A stretch of DNA of 64,000 nucleotides, from NCBI GenBank assembly GCA_038248345.1, contig JBBRXO010000004.1:1-64000 (forward strand), given 5' to 3'. Shown here one piece after another: positions 11,058 through 21,273 of the stretch (its first letter is position 1; every line of letters starts with the position of its first letter). Made by a program: the position numbers and the translations under genes. The stretch comes from Armatimonadota bacterium. Lineage in GTDB: Bacteria; Armatimonadota; Hebobacteria; CAIYQO01. Below the pieces are notes generated by a model, which worked only from the letters and a program-made list of their open reading frames with translations, searched no databases and was not told where the DNA came from.

Positions 11058-11819
11058 TCAGCTTGGTGATTCGACGTCTTCCATTTCTGTATCCGGTATT
11101 TCAACAGCAACAATCTCTTCAGGTGGCTGATAATATCCGCCCTCACTCGCATCACCAACTACAGTTCCATCCTGGAAGTAGATGACACGTTTCTGCATTT
11201 TATCCACGATTTCGCGATCGTGTGTTGCCATTACCACGGTAGTGCCTTTGAGGTTGATAGCCTCGAGCAGCTTGATAATATCCCAGGAGGTCTCTGGGTC
11301 TAGGTTGCCGGTTGGCTCATCCGCCAGCAGAATGGGCGGGTGATTAATGAGTGCGCGTGCGATGCAGAGCCGCTGTTGCTCACCACCGGAGAGTTGCTGT
11401 GGGAATGCTTTCGTCCGCTCTGACAAGCCTACCTGCTCTAATAGTTCATTGACGCGACGACGGATGATTGCGGGCGGAGTATCCACCACCTGCATGGCAA
11501 AAACAAGATTCTCCCGCACGGTTTTATATTCCAGCAGGCGGAAGTCCTGAAAAACAACACCGATACGGCGCCGCAAACGTGCCACGCCCAACGACTTCAG
11601 GAACCCAACATCATGCCCTTCCACCATCACACGTCCATCTGTAGGTTTCACTTCGCGATAGAGGAGCTTCATAGCGGTAGACTTCCCCTGGCCACTAGGG
11701 CCAACGAAGAATATAAATTCACCCTTATTAACCTGCAGGTTCATGTCAGTTAACGCCTGCACGCCGTTAGGATACGCCACCGAAACGTGGACAAATTGAA
11801 TAACAGGTTGTTCAGCCAC
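11058..11819 (-). CDS. ftsE: Cell division ATP-binding protein FtsE
   Basis: GPSGQGKS Walker A, IGVVFQDFRLL, LSGGEQQR, ADEPTGNLD. Confidence 0.94.
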   Translation of the reverse strand: MAEQPVIQFVHVSVAYPNGVQALTDMNLQVNKGEFIFFVGPSGQGKSTAMKLLYREVKPTDGRVMVEGHDVGFLKSLGVARLRRRIGVVFQDFRLLEYKTVRENLVFAMQVVDTPPAIIRRRVNELLEQVGLSERTKAFPQQLSGGEQQRLCIARALINHPPILLADEPTGNLDPETSWDIIKLLEAINLKGTTVVMATHDREIVDKMQKRVIYFQDGTVVGDASEGGYYQPPEEIVAVEIPDTEMEDVESPS

Positions 11820-11955
11820 AAAGCGATTATACTCTACATTGGAAAGTCTGTGAACCCCGGAGAGTCGAACATTTCCAATAATTCCCCCACCCGATCATAT
11901 CATTCTCACAGAGTCGTGATGATGAATGAATAATATCGGAACGGATAGCACGTTA

Positions 11956-12414
11956 TCACGTCAAGCGGAAGATCAATTTATAAATGCCCACACCGATCTC
12001 ATCGCGATCCCGCAATTGTTCTTCGCCGATAAGAGGTTCACCGTTCAGCAGGGTGCCATTTGTACTACCGAAGTCAGAAATATAATACTGCCCATCAGCA
12101 TGGCGTATTTGCGCATGACGACGCGAGATAGTACTGCCGGGAAGAAATACCGCGCATCCTTCACGCCGGCCAACGATCACCTGTTCATCACTGAGCTCAT
12201 AAACCCGCTCCACGTGCTCTCCAGACAAGTCAAGTAACCACAATCGAGCTACTCGCCCAGTAGTCGGCGCCGTGCCATGCCCCTCCAGCAACTGGATGAT
12301 AAGCGTGTTGTCATCTACATCGCTACTAGTAGTAAATGTCAGTGAACGTCCACACTGCTTACAGAAACGGTGGTCATCGTTATTTTGCACTCCACAATGC
12401 GCACAAATTGTCAT
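11956..12414 (-). CDS. Zinc-ribbon + FHA domain protein
   Basis: CAHC...CKQC ribbon; FHA motifs GR, SRRHA, STNGT; SD GGGAGAG before ATG 12414. Confidence 0.9.
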   Translation of the reverse strand: MTICAHCGVQNNDDHRFCKQCGRSLTFTTSSDVDDNTLIIQLLEGHGTAPTTGRVARLWLLDLSGEHVERVYELSDEQVIVGRREGCAVFLPGSTISRRHAQIRHADGQYYISDFGSTNGTLLNGEPLIGEEQLRDRDEIGVGIYKLIFRLT

Positions 12415-12572
12415 TACTATCTCTCCCTGCTGTATGGTAGAGAGCATAGAGCAGATTGTCAATCGCTTTTGAGGTTTAACATTGTATTTATCTGTCTATA
12501 TCTATATAATGCAGGGTATCTATGTGCAGGTAGGAAAGCCCATTATAGCTTAATTGGAGGACTATTGTAATC

Positions 12573-13775
12573 ATGAGCACTGATTCAAAATCAGAAGTAT
12601 CCTTAAAAATGCCTTACTGGTATGATCGTTTAAGCGAATTTGCAGAAAGTGTCAGCAAGCCTCTGGTAATTATCGGAGTGCTTTTTCTCACGATTCTCGT
12701 GTCAGCAATGGCATTCCAATTTACCGATTTCTTTCTCCTGGCATACATGGTCTCGCTATTATCCAGCTTTTTCATCTTCGGTTTCCTGGCATTAACAATT
12801 CTGAACCTGCGCTCGTACTATACCGGATGGATAGGATTGGCGATAGCAATGCTGCTAAAGATCGCAGCTCCTACGCTTTTAAGTATGCTGGCCAGCTGGT
12901 CCTCGATTGGTGCGGATAATTTCATCTTCCGTGAAACCCTCACGGCATCATATGAAGTATCATTTTACTATATTATCATCAGCATCTTTCACCTTCTTTT
13001 TATCTTTATTACTGTACTCACTCAAAAACGCACCGTATCGCACACAAAACAACTTGCCCTAGCTAGAGAAGCAGCAAAGGCAAAGGAAAAAACTACCGAA
13101 CAACGGCATGTGAGTATCATCCCAAAATGCTGGGAGATGACCCGCTGCCGCCAAGCGGTGCGTGACCGTTGCCCAAACTATATTGACCATAAAACATGCT
13201 GGAAACGCCGTTGTGGATGCTTCTGCGATCGGGAATTCGCCGGATTCCTCGTGGTTACGATGGATAAACATGATGCCAACGAAATTGTCACCATGCACAC
13301 TGCGGCCACTGGCACAGACACTAGCAACGATTTCAAAGCTTCGACTCAGCAACACATGCAAAAAATAATTACAAATGGGTCAGTGTTGAAGCAATTACGA
13401 GCACGAATGAAAAGAGAACGCCGTCCGTGGAAGCTACAAAAACGCTGGTGTCACGAATGCCCGCTCTTCATGGAGCATCAATCGCATAAATACCGGAACT
13501 TCAACTGGATCGGCTTACCGATAACGGGCGCTATCGCCTATTCTCTCTTCAGCGAATACGATAAATGGTATAAGATTGGCGCAACAGCATTGGAGAACGG
13601 CGTAACGCAATTTACCTCCACCATGCCGATGGCAGTTCGTCCTACCTATGTCGATGGCAATTCATTGGCCACCTCGGTCACATTCGAGTGGATATTATTC
13701 GGCGTCCTCTTCATTATCCTCCTTAGCTACATCATCTCCTTCACTGACACGATGCTGCTAAAGTGGAAGGTGTGA
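12573..13775 (+). CDS. Membrane protein with a Cys-rich soluble domain
   Basis: N-terminal TM helices, CWEMTRC...RCPNY...CWKRRCGCFC and CHECP motifs, two C-terminal TM segments; SD GGAGG. Confidence 0.8.
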   Translation: MSTDSKSEVSLKMPYWYDRLSEFAESVSKPLVIIGVLFLTILVSAMAFQFTDFFLLAYMVSLLSSFFIFGFLALTILNLRSYYTGWIGLAIAMLLKIAAPTLLSMLASWSSIGADNFIFRETLTASYEVSFYYIIISIFHLLFIFITVLTQKRTVSHTKQLALAREAAKAKEKTTEQRHVSIIPKCWEMTRCRQAVRDRCPNYIDHKTCWKRRCGCFCDREFAGFLVVTMDKHDANEIVTMHTAATGTDTSNDFKASTQQHMQKIITNGSVLKQLRARMKRERRPWKLQKRWCHECPLFMEHQSHKYRNFNWIGLPITGAIAYSLFSEYDKWYKIGATALENGVTQFTSTMPMAVRPTYVDGNSLATSVTFEWILFGVLFIILLSYIISFTDTMLLKWKV

Positions 13776-13810
13776 TGATATTGAGTTCATAGTTCCAAAT
13801 ACCAAAGCAC

Positions 13811-13838
13811 GACGCCACGCCCTTTCGGGCGTGGCGTC
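13811..13838. terminator. Hairpin terminator between convergent genes
   Basis: Perfect 12-bp stem GACGCCACGCCC-TTTC-GGGCGTGGCGTC (GAAA loop on the minus strand). Confidence 0.75.
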
Positions 13839-13847
13839 AAAACCGGA

Positions 13848-15512
13848 CTACCGTTGCTCTTCTTTGATTGCTTTCAGCCGTTTCATTACGTCGTTCTCAC
13901 CACGTCCGAAATAATCTTGCAGTATGGTATATTCGGCAAGTAATTTTGCATAGACGGCCCGGTTCTCCGGGATTGGCTCGTACTGTTCATCTCTCACGCG
14001 TGCCATTTTGGCGGCCGCGTCATGGATGGTGGCATATCCACCGGCGGTTGCCCCTGCTGCTACCGCCGCATGCATAGCGCTGCCCAGCGCTGGGGTTTGC
14101 TCGCTGGCGCTGATGCGCATGGGGCGTCCGGTGACGTCAGAGTATATTTGCATCAGCAGGGCGTTTTTCATCGCAAGTCCACCGCAACAGTAAATTTCGT
14201 CAATGGGCACACCGTTAGCCGCGAAGGTGTTAACGATAGTGGCGGTGCCGAAAGCAGTGGCCTCGATGAGTGCGCGATAAATCTCTTCCGGCCTTGTCGT
14301 TAAGGTGCAGCCGATGAGCAAGCCAGTGAGGTCGGCGTCCACTAATATCGAACGATTACCGTTCCACCAATCGAGGGCCAACAGGCCACTCTCACCCGGC
14401 TTCAGCGCTGATGCCTTCTCGGTGAGTAATTGATGCACGGTGATGCCGCGCTGTGCCGCTTCATGCTCGTAAGAGATAGGAACGCAATTATCCACAAACC
14501 AGGCAAAGATGTCTCCAGCGGCGCTTTGCCCCGCCTCAAAACCGAAAAGACCAGGGAGAATGCCATCCTCCACCACGCCGCACATACCGGGGACAATCTC
14601 CTCCTGCGTGCCACACACCATGTGGCAAAGGCTGGTACCCATGACAATCACCATTTTGCCCGGCTCGGTCACGGTACAGGCGGGCACCGCCACGTGGGCA
14701 TCCACATTGGCCACCGCGATTGCAATACCTGCCGGCAAACCTATTGCTTGTGCTGCCTCGGACTTCAATTCCCCCGCCTTGGCCCCTAACGGGAAGACAT
14801 CTGGGGAAAATTTGTCTAATGCCAGGCGCTCTAATCCTGGGTTCAGCGCGGCGAAGAACTCGGGAGACGGATAGCCGTCCTCCTTATGCCAGATCGCCTT
14901 ATAGCCCGCAGTGCAGGAGTTGCGGCACTCGTTGCCGGTGAGATGCCAGATTACCCAGTCCGCTGCTTCGATAAAGCGCGCCGCTGCTTCGTACACTTCT
15001 GGCGCTTCATCTAGTGTCTGCCAGCATTTGGCGATCATCCACTCGCTGGATATTTTGCCGCCGTAACGTTGCAGGAACTTTTCCTCACGCTCCGCGGCGA
15101 TGCGGTTGATGGCGGTTGCTTCCGGCTGCGCGGCATGATGCTTCCATAGCTTAATCCACGCATGAGGGTTGCCGCTCCATTCCTCGCTAAAGCAAAGCGG
15201 GACGCCATCGGCAGTGGTGGGGAGCATGGTGCAGGCAGTAAAATCGATCGCTAATCCGATAATATCGGAGGAATCAATACCTGCTGACTTAATAATTGCC
15301 GGTATTGTCTGCGCCAGTCCACGCAGGTAATCTGCTGGATCCTGCAACGCCCAATCAGGCCCTAAGGGAGTGCCGTCAGGCAATTTGGTGTCCATCACCG
15401 CATTGCTATAATCATAAGTGGCTGTAGCCACCTCACGCCCATCCGCCACATCTACCAGCAATGCTCGCGCTGATAGTGTGCCAAAATCAACCCCTATGGT
15501 ATATTTAGCCAT
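13848..15512 (-). CDS. araB: L-ribulokinase
   Basis: [48 protein letters not shown]-family/AraB motifs. Confidence 0.92.
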   Translation of the reverse strand: MAKYTIGVDFGTLSARALLVDVADGREVATATYDYSNAVMDTKLPDGTPLGPDWALQDPADYLRGLAQTIPAIIKSAGIDSSDIIGLAIDFTACTMLPTTADGVPLCFSEEWSGNPHAWIKLWKHHAAQPEATAINRIAAEREEKFLQRYGGKISSEWMIAKCWQTLDEAPEVYEAAARFIEAADWVIWHLTGNECRNSCTAGYKAIWHKEDGYPSPEFFAALNPGLERLALDKFSPDVFPLGAKAGELKSEAAQAIGLPAGIAIAVANVDAHVAVPACTVTEPGKMVIVMGTSLCHMVCGTQEEIVPGMCGVVEDGILPGLFGFEAGQSAAGDIFAWFVDNCVPISYEHEAAQRGITVHQLLTEKASALKPGESGLLALDWWNGNRSILVDADLTGLLIGCTLTTRPEEIYRALIEATAFGTATIVNTFAANGVPIDEIYCCGGLAMKNALLMQIYSDVTGRPMRISASEQTPALGSAMHAAVAAGATAGGYATIHDAAAKMARVRDEQYEPIPENRAVYAKLLAEYTILQDYFGRGENDVMKRLKAIKEEQR

Positions 15513-15660
15513 TTAAAAATCTCCTTAAGTTCGAAGCTTTCTATGTGTTTCGCGTTAATCGTGTTTAACTCCTGCTTATGCACCCAAAATTTTCTCAGTA
15601 GGAAATTCCCCCACGGAAGTAGAATACTAAAATATTGGGATGATAATTGAGGAGTCTAAT

Positions 15661-16770
15661 ATGAGTATACGAGTTGTTACCTTTGGTGAGGTTATGGGGC
15701 GGTTGGCTCCGGCAGGTTTCCAGCGCTTTGCGCAGGTGCTGCCGGGTTCGATGGAGTTCACCTTCGGCGGGGGCGAGGCCAATGTCGCCGTCTCGCTGGC
15801 GCAGTTCGGCATGGAGGCGACGTTTGTCACCGCGCTGCCGGATAACCCCATCGGCGATGCCTGTGTCAATAACATCCGCGGCCTGGGAGTGGATACTACC
15901 AGTATTGTCCGCACCAAGGGCGGGCGGCTGGGGCTGTATTATCTGGAGGCGGGCGCCAACCAGCGCGCCAGCAACGTGGTGTACGACCGCGACAACTCCT
16001 CGGTGATGATCACCCCGTCGAGCGCCTACGACTGGACGACTATCCTCTCCGAAGCGACGTGGTTCCACACCACGGGCATCACGCCGGCGCTCTCCGAGAA
16101 CACCGCGCTGGCGACGATTGACGCGGCCAAAGCGGCGCAAGCAGCGGGGGCCACCGTCTCCTGCGACCTCAACTTCCGCAAGAAACTGTGGAACTGGCAG
16201 CCGGACACCAAGCCGCAGGCGCTGGCCGAGGCCACCATGCGCAAACTGCTCCCCTACGTGGACGTGGTGATTGCCAATGAAGAAGACGCCGAGAAGGTGC
16301 TGGGCATTAAAGCCGAGGGCGCGGACGTGGAGGGTGGCAAACTGAATGTCGCCGGCTACACCGAGGTGGCCAAGGAGATCGTGCGGCAGTTCCCCAATGT
16401 GAGCAAAGTCGCCATCACGCTGCGCGAGAGCATCAGCGCCACCCACAACAACTGGGGCGGCATGATCTATGACGTGGCCAGCGGGCAAGCGCACCTGGCC
16501 CCGCTGGATGCCAACGGCGCCTACACCCCCTACGAGATCCGCGACATCGTCGACCGCGTCGGCGGCGGCGACTCCTTCGGTGCCGGCCTCATCTTCGCCC
16601 TGCTCACGCCAGGCCTTGACGCCCCCGCCACCGCCCCCGCCACCGCCATCCGCTACGCCGTAGCCGCCAGCTGCCTGAAACACAGCATCCTGGGCGACTT
16701 CAACTACAGCACCCGCGCCGAGGTGGAACTGTTGATGAAAGGTGATGCCAGCGGACGGGTGCAGCGGTAA
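15661..16770 (+). CDS. kdgK: PfkB-family sugar kinase, 2-keto-3-deoxygluconate kinase-like
   Basis: TFGEVMGRL, GGGEANVA, DLNFRKKLW, ANEED, DRVGGGDSF; SD GAGGAG. Confidence 0.85.
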   Translation: MSIRVVTFGEVMGRLAPAGFQRFAQVLPGSMEFTFGGGEANVAVSLAQFGMEATFVTALPDNPIGDACVNNIRGLGVDTTSIVRTKGGRLGLYYLEAGANQRASNVVYDRDNSSVMITPSSAYDWTTILSEATWFHTTGITPALSENTALATIDAAKAAQAAGATVSCDLNFRKKLWNWQPDTKPQALAEATMRKLLPYVDVVIANEEDAEKVLGIKAEGADVEGGKLNVAGYTEVAKEIVRQFPNVSKVAITLRESISATHNNWGGMIYDVASGQAHLAPLDANGAYTPYEIRDIVDRVGGGDSFGAGLIFALLTPGLDAPATAPATAIRYAVAASCLKHSILGDFNYSTRAEVELLMKGDASGRVQR

Positions 16771-16773
16771 CGG

Positions 16774-16801
16774 AGTCGCTAGTCACGAGTCACGAGTCAC
16801 G
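16774..16801. repeat. Heptamer tandem repeat
   Basis: AGTCGCT AGTCACG AGTCACG AGTCACG just after the kinase stop codon. Confidence 0.8.
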
Positions 16802-16881
16802 ATAATGCCGTCTGCTGTGCGCGAGAACAGTCCCCGATTATGACGTGGCGTCTCCGATTTTTGCCACCAGTTACACCCAGG

Positions 16882-17901
16882 TTATTTCAACGGCAAACTG
16901 GCATAGGCATCCAGTATCATCTGTGCGAAATCATGGCGCAGGTAGTGGTAGTACCCGGCGGCGGCGATCATAGCGCCGTTGTCGGTGCAGAAGATGCGCG
17001 GGGGGAGTGACAGCGGGATGCCGGTGCGGGTGGCGTACTCCTCGGCCAGTCCGCGCAGGCGACTGTTGGCGGCTACGCCACCGGCGAGTACCACCTGCGC
17101 CGGGCCTAGCTCCTCGGCGGCTGCGAAGAGCTTCTTCACCAGCACCGTCATCACCGCTTCCTGGAAGCTGGCCGCGATATCGGCGGTACTGGCGCGCCCT
17201 CCGAGTTCGGTTTTGCGCAGGTAATGTCCCAGCGAGGTCTTCACCCCGCTGAAGCTGAAATCGTGAGTACCCTGCATTAGCGCTCGCGGGAACTCCACCG
17301 CGTGGGCGTTGCCTTCTCTGCTGAGGTTATCAATCGCCGGGCCTCCCGGGTAGCCCAGCCCCAGCAGCCGCGCCGCCTTATCCAGCGCCTCGCCCGGCGC
17401 GTCATCACGCGTGCGCCCCAGGATACGGTAGACGCCGTGATCCTCCATCCACACCATGTGCGCATGCCCGCCGCTGACGATGAGCACCAGTGCCGGCAAC
17501 GCCGGCTCCGGCCGCGTGTCATCGGGCAGACGTATCCAGTTGGCGTACAGATGCCCCTCCAGATGGTTCACACCGATGAGTGGTAGCTCGTGTGCGTAGG
17601 CGAAGCTCTTCGCCCCCACCAGCCCCACCACCAGCGAGCCGATAAGCCCTGGCCCATTAGCCACCGCCACCGCATCGATATCGGCAGGCACCACCCCGGC
17701 CTCCGCCAGCGCCGCCGCCAGCACTGCCGGAAAATACTCCAGCTGCTTGCGCGAGGCCAACTCGGGCACAATACCGCCGTACTGCTGGTGAAATTTCTCC
17801 GAGGAAGAGACGATATTGCTACGCATAATGCAGCCATCCTGCACCACCGCAACCGCCGTCTCATCACAACTACTCTCAATACCTAAAATCAAAGCGCACA
17901 T
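16882..17901 (-). CDS. tsaD: tRNA N6-adenosine threonylcarbamoyltransferase
   Basis: ILGIESSCDET, GGIVPELASR, NHLEGH, TRDDAPGEA.DK, CTDNGAMIA. Confidence 0.96.
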   Translation of the reverse strand: MCALILGIESSCDETAVAVVQDGCIMRSNIVSSSEKFHQQYGGIVPELASRKQLEYFPAVLAAALAEAGVVPADIDAVAVANGPGLIGSLVVGLVGAKSFAYAHELPLIGVNHLEGHLYANWIRLPDDTRPEPALPALVLIVSGGHAHMVWMEDHGVYRILGRTRDDAPGEALDKAARLLGLGYPGGPAIDNLSREGNAHAVEFPRALMQGTHDFSFSGVKTSLGHYLRKTELGGRASTADIAASFQEAVMTVLVKKLFAAAEELGPAQVVLAGGVAANSRLRGLAEEYATRTGIPLSLPPRIFCTDNGAMIAAAGYYHYLRHDFAQMILDAYASLPLK

Positions 17902-17925
17902 AGTGGTTATTCTACCGCAATTGGG

Positions 17926-18005
17926 GAGGAAATAGGAAATAGCAAGTAGGAAATAGGTGGTTAATGACTCCTGTTGTTTCGGGCAAACCTATTTCCTATT
18001 TCCTC
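17926..18005. repeat. Inverted pair of heptamer tandem arrays
   Basis: (AATAGGA)n-like array at 17927-17957 and its reverse complement CCTATTTCCTATTTCCTC at 17988-18005. Confidence 0.75.
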
Positions 18006-19411
18006 ACTCCGAGCCGTACCATGATGGTCGTCCCCTTGCCCAGTTCGCTTTCCGCTGATACGGTACCGCCCATGGCTTCGGCCAGCGCTTTGACGATGGC
18101 CAGGCCGAGGCCGCTGCCGGATTTACCTTCCGCACGTGCACCCGGGGCACGCGCAAAGCGATCCCAAATCAGGGGCAGGAATTCAGGGGCGATGCCACTG
18201 CCGGTGTCGGTAACACCGATCACCACCTCATTGTCATCATTCTTCGCCCAAATGGTGATATTGCCATCGGCTGGTGTAAAGCGACGGGCATTTTCTGTGA
18301 GATTATTGAGAATACGATAAAGAGCTTCTTCATCAGCGAATACGATATCGACATCTTCATCGATATCAATTACAAACTGGGGAGACTCATCACGCGGAAA
18401 GCTTAGTGCGACTTCTTCCACAATATCAGCCAGTCGCACATTAGCCAACCGCACCGTCTCACGTCCCGACTCGATGCGGGATATGTCCAGCAAATGGGTG
18501 ACCAATGAAGCCAGGCGGTCATTCTCCCGCGTCAACTGCACCAACGCTTTAGATTGTTCGTCCGGGCGCAGCACGCCATCCTGCCAGGCCTCCAGCAATA
18601 CGCGCATTGAAGTTATGGGCGCACGTAGTTCATGCGAGGCATCAGCCACAAAGCGGCGCTGCAGACCTTCCAAACAAACCAGTCGGTCATGTTCGCTAAG
18701 TAAATCTCCAGTTGTTTGTTGCAAATCTTTCGCCAGGCTGGTGATGGATTTACTCACCTCGTCAAGCTCGCGAGTTGATTGTGCTGGTAACTGAACCTGG
18801 TAGTCCCCCGCTGCCATACGTTTACTGGAATCTATGATATCGGCCAATACGCTGGTGACATAACGCGCATTACGCAGGTTGAGCAAAACAGCCACCAGAA
18901 AAGCAATGATAATGCCAGCTACAACCATGAAGTACGTCATACGAGTGGTAGCAGCACGGTTGGCCTCCACGTTATGCCAGTTGACGAGTATCATGGGACT
19001 GTGGGTAGCAGGGTCAAATATCAGACGTGCGGCCCAGACTACTTTACTTTTCAACCAGGGGAGCTTACTATCCCCTTGGCGCTCTCCGTCGGCAACTATC
19101 TTCGGGGCCTCTGCCCATCTTGCGGCCAGCACGCCAGCTTGCGGCATCTCCCAATGTCCCTCTACATCCAGCAACTCATAGCCGGAATTCTCGCGTGAGG
19201 TATTGGAGTAAACTCCAATCGCTGGCATGGTCCCAAAATCCACAGATTCCAGCGAGCGTAATTCTTTGGCTAGGGTCTGCCGACTCAAATAAATAGAGGT
19301 CAGGTAGGTGACGATGAGCAATCCAAAGAGCACCACCCCCAATGTGAGAGCTGTGCCCCAGAAATGCTGCTGCACCAATTGCGAAGCCAGGGATGGCTTG
19401 CTACTCTTCAT
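17996..19411 (-). CDS. HAMP-domain sensor histidine kinase
   Basis: Two TM segments, HAMP, ADASHELRAP H-box, NLTENA N-box, DTGSGI and GSGLGL G-boxes. Confidence 0.93.
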   Translation of the reverse strand: MKSSKPSLASQLVQQHFWGTALTLGVVLFGLLIVTYLTSIYLSRQTLAKELRSLESVDFGTMPAIGVYSNTSRENSGYELLDVEGHWEMPQAGVLAARWAEAPKIVADGERQGDSKLPWLKSKVVWAARLIFDPATHSPMILVNWHNVEANRAATTRMTYFMVVAGIIIAFLVAVLLNLRNARYVTSVLADIIDSSKRMAAGDYQVQLPAQSTRELDEVSKSITSLAKDLQQTTGDLLSEHDRLVCLEGLQRRFVADASHELRAPITSMRVLLEAWQDGVLRPDEQSKALVQLTRENDRLASLVTHLLDISRIESGRETVRLANVRLADIVEEVALSFPRDESPQFVIDIDEDVDIVFADEEALYRILNNLTENARRFTPADGNITIWAKNDDNEVVIGVTDTGSGIAPEFLPLIWDRFARAPGARAEGKSGSGLGLAIVKALAEAMGGTVSAESELGKGTTIMVRLGVRK

Positions 19412-20093
19412 TACTTACCTCGAACTTGAATCCCACACCTTTCAGTGTTACCACGTAATTATACCCATCATCTCCTGCTAACTTGCGGCGCAACCGATTG
19501 ATATGCACATCCAGAGTGTGATCATCCCCCTGCCCATCCTCTCCCCACACGGTGTCATATAACGCCATACGCTGGATGACTTTATTCGGGTGGCGTGCTA
19601 ACTCAATCAGCAGATCAAATTCCTTCGGCGTCAGGGTGATAGCATTATCCCCTCGGTAGATCACCCGGCCAGCCAGATCAATTACCATCCCGGGGAATTC
19701 TATCTTCTCGCGATTATCGTCATTACAATTGACGCGGCGTAACACGGCCTTCACCCGTGCCACCACCTCGCGCGGACTGAATGGTTTAACGATATAATCA
19801 TCCGCACCCAGATCCAATCCCAGTAAGCGGTCAGGCTCATCGCTCCGAGCTGTTAACATAATCACTGCTGGCTGATTGCCTTCACCGCGTAATCTTTTCA
19901 ATATTGACCAGCCATCAATGTCTGGTAAATTTACATCCAGTAGTACCAGATCTGGCTTCCGCGTCCGTACCGCTTCTAATCCGGCCATTCCGGTAGCAGC
20001 AGTTATCGTTTGCATTTCGTCACGCTCCAGGTAACGCGCCACTAGTTCACGTACCTGCTCGTCATCCTCCACTATAAGTATCGTTGGTGTCAT
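19401..20093 (-). CDS. OmpR/PhoB-family response regulator
   Basis: IVEDD, LLDVNLP, GADDYIVKPF, LTPKEFDLL, DVHINRLRRKL; SD GGAGG before ATG 20093. Confidence 0.94.
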   Translation of the reverse strand: MTPTILIVEDDEQVRELVARYLERDEMQTITAATGMAGLEAVRTRKPDLVLLDVNLPDIDGWSILKRLRGEGNQPAVIMLTARSDEPDRLLGLDLGADDYIVKPFSPREVVARVKAVLRRVNCNDDNREKIEFPGMVIDLAGRVIYRGDNAITLTPKEFDLLIELARHPNKVIQRMALYDTVWGEDGQGDDHTLDVHINRLRRKLAGDDGYNYVVTLKGVGFKFEVSNEE

Positions 20094-20187
20094 ATCCTTG
20101 CCTCCAAAGCATAATACTATCCCAAAGTCGCGCTGACGACAACAGGTGAAAAAGGAAACTGCGGGGTAATGGCGAATTATACCAAAT

Positions 20188-21255
20188 ATGAAGATCAATC
20201 CGCATAATTTACGCCTGTCACGTCCGGTGCCGGATTCTCCCGCACGGCGACGCCATGCCAACAATTATTATGTTATGGGAAGAGGAGCCTCAGACGCAGG
20301 TAACTGGGCTGTGGCGCGCGATTACCTCGATAAAGCGCTGGAGTATTACTCCGAACTACAGCCCGCCTTACGCGAGATGGCTTTCGTCTACATGAATCTC
20401 AATGATTATCGGCAGGCGATCAAGTATATCAAGCGGGCGATTGATGCTGATCCTAAGGATGCAGCAGCGCATTTTCTCCATGGAAATATCCTGTTTAATA
20501 GCGGCGATGCCAACGGAGCATTAGCGGCATATAAAAACGCACATGAAGAGGGAGAAATAACACTGGAACTCCTCAATAATATCGGCCTGGCGCACCTGAT
20601 GAATAATGATGGTGTTGCCGCGAGTATGGCCTTCACCGAATTGACTGCCCGCTTCCCCACCAACCCTAATGGGTGGGACGGTCTAGGCTGCGCACAACGT
20701 ATTGCGCAGGATTATCCGGGCTCTATCAAGTCATTCTATCGCGCACTAGAGATTGATCCAGTGATGAATGAAGCACGTGAGCACCTGGCGCAGACGTTCA
20801 TTGAAACCGGGAACCCGCATGACGCCGTCATAATACTGCTGGAAGCGCTTAGGCTAAAAGCAGAAAATGAAGGCGCACGTAGCTTGCTCGGGCTGGCTTT
20901 CGTCGCCCTGTGCCGGAGTAAAAATGTTGATGCCAGTTGGAAAATACTGCAGGATAGCGGCAATAATACCCCGGAGATTAGCTACCAACTGGCCGAAACC
21001 CACCTGAAATTGGGACAGAAAGAAACAGCTATGGCTATACTGGAAAATATAGTCACTTCTTTCCCGCGCTTCAGTATCGGCCACCTGCAACTTGGAATAC
21101 AACTGCTACAAGAGGGAGAGCATGAACGTGGCTGGCAACACATTGATTCAGCCCACCAGCTCACTCCCCACGATACAATGGTAAACCGCATGGCAAAGAT
21201 GGCGTATGAATTGATACCCAACGGAGCACCGGACTGGGCAAAAGATCTCCGCTAA
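20188..21255 (+). CDS. Tetratricopeptide repeat protein
   Basis: Multiple ~34-aa repeats with A...Y.+AL...P and LG...A patterns. Confidence 0.85.
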   Translation: MKINPHNLRLSRPVPDSPARRRHANNYYVMGRGASDAGNWAVARDYLDKALEYYSELQPALREMAFVYMNLNDYRQAIKYIKRAIDADPKDAAAHFLHGNILFNSGDANGALAAYKNAHEEGEITLELLNNIGLAHLMNNDGVAASMAFTELTARFPTNPNGWDGLGCAQRIAQDYPGSIKSFYRALEIDPVMNEAREHLAQTFIETGNPHDAVIILLEALRLKAENEGARSLLGLAFVALCRSKNVDASWKILQDSGNNTPEISYQLAETHLKLGQKETAMAILENIVTSFPRFSIGHLQLGIQLLQEGEHERGWQHIDSAHQLTPHDTMVNRMAKMAYELIPNGAPDWAKDLR

Positions 21256-21273
21256 TCCATGTTTGCTCCCTGC

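Noticed and set aside
16621..16647. 12-nt tandem repeat encoding APATAPATA in kdgK
   Set aside because: Real but a trivial in-frame slippage duplication
15595..16683. 362-aa antisense ORF over kdgK
   Set aside because: Shadow frame produced by high third-position GC; no protein motif
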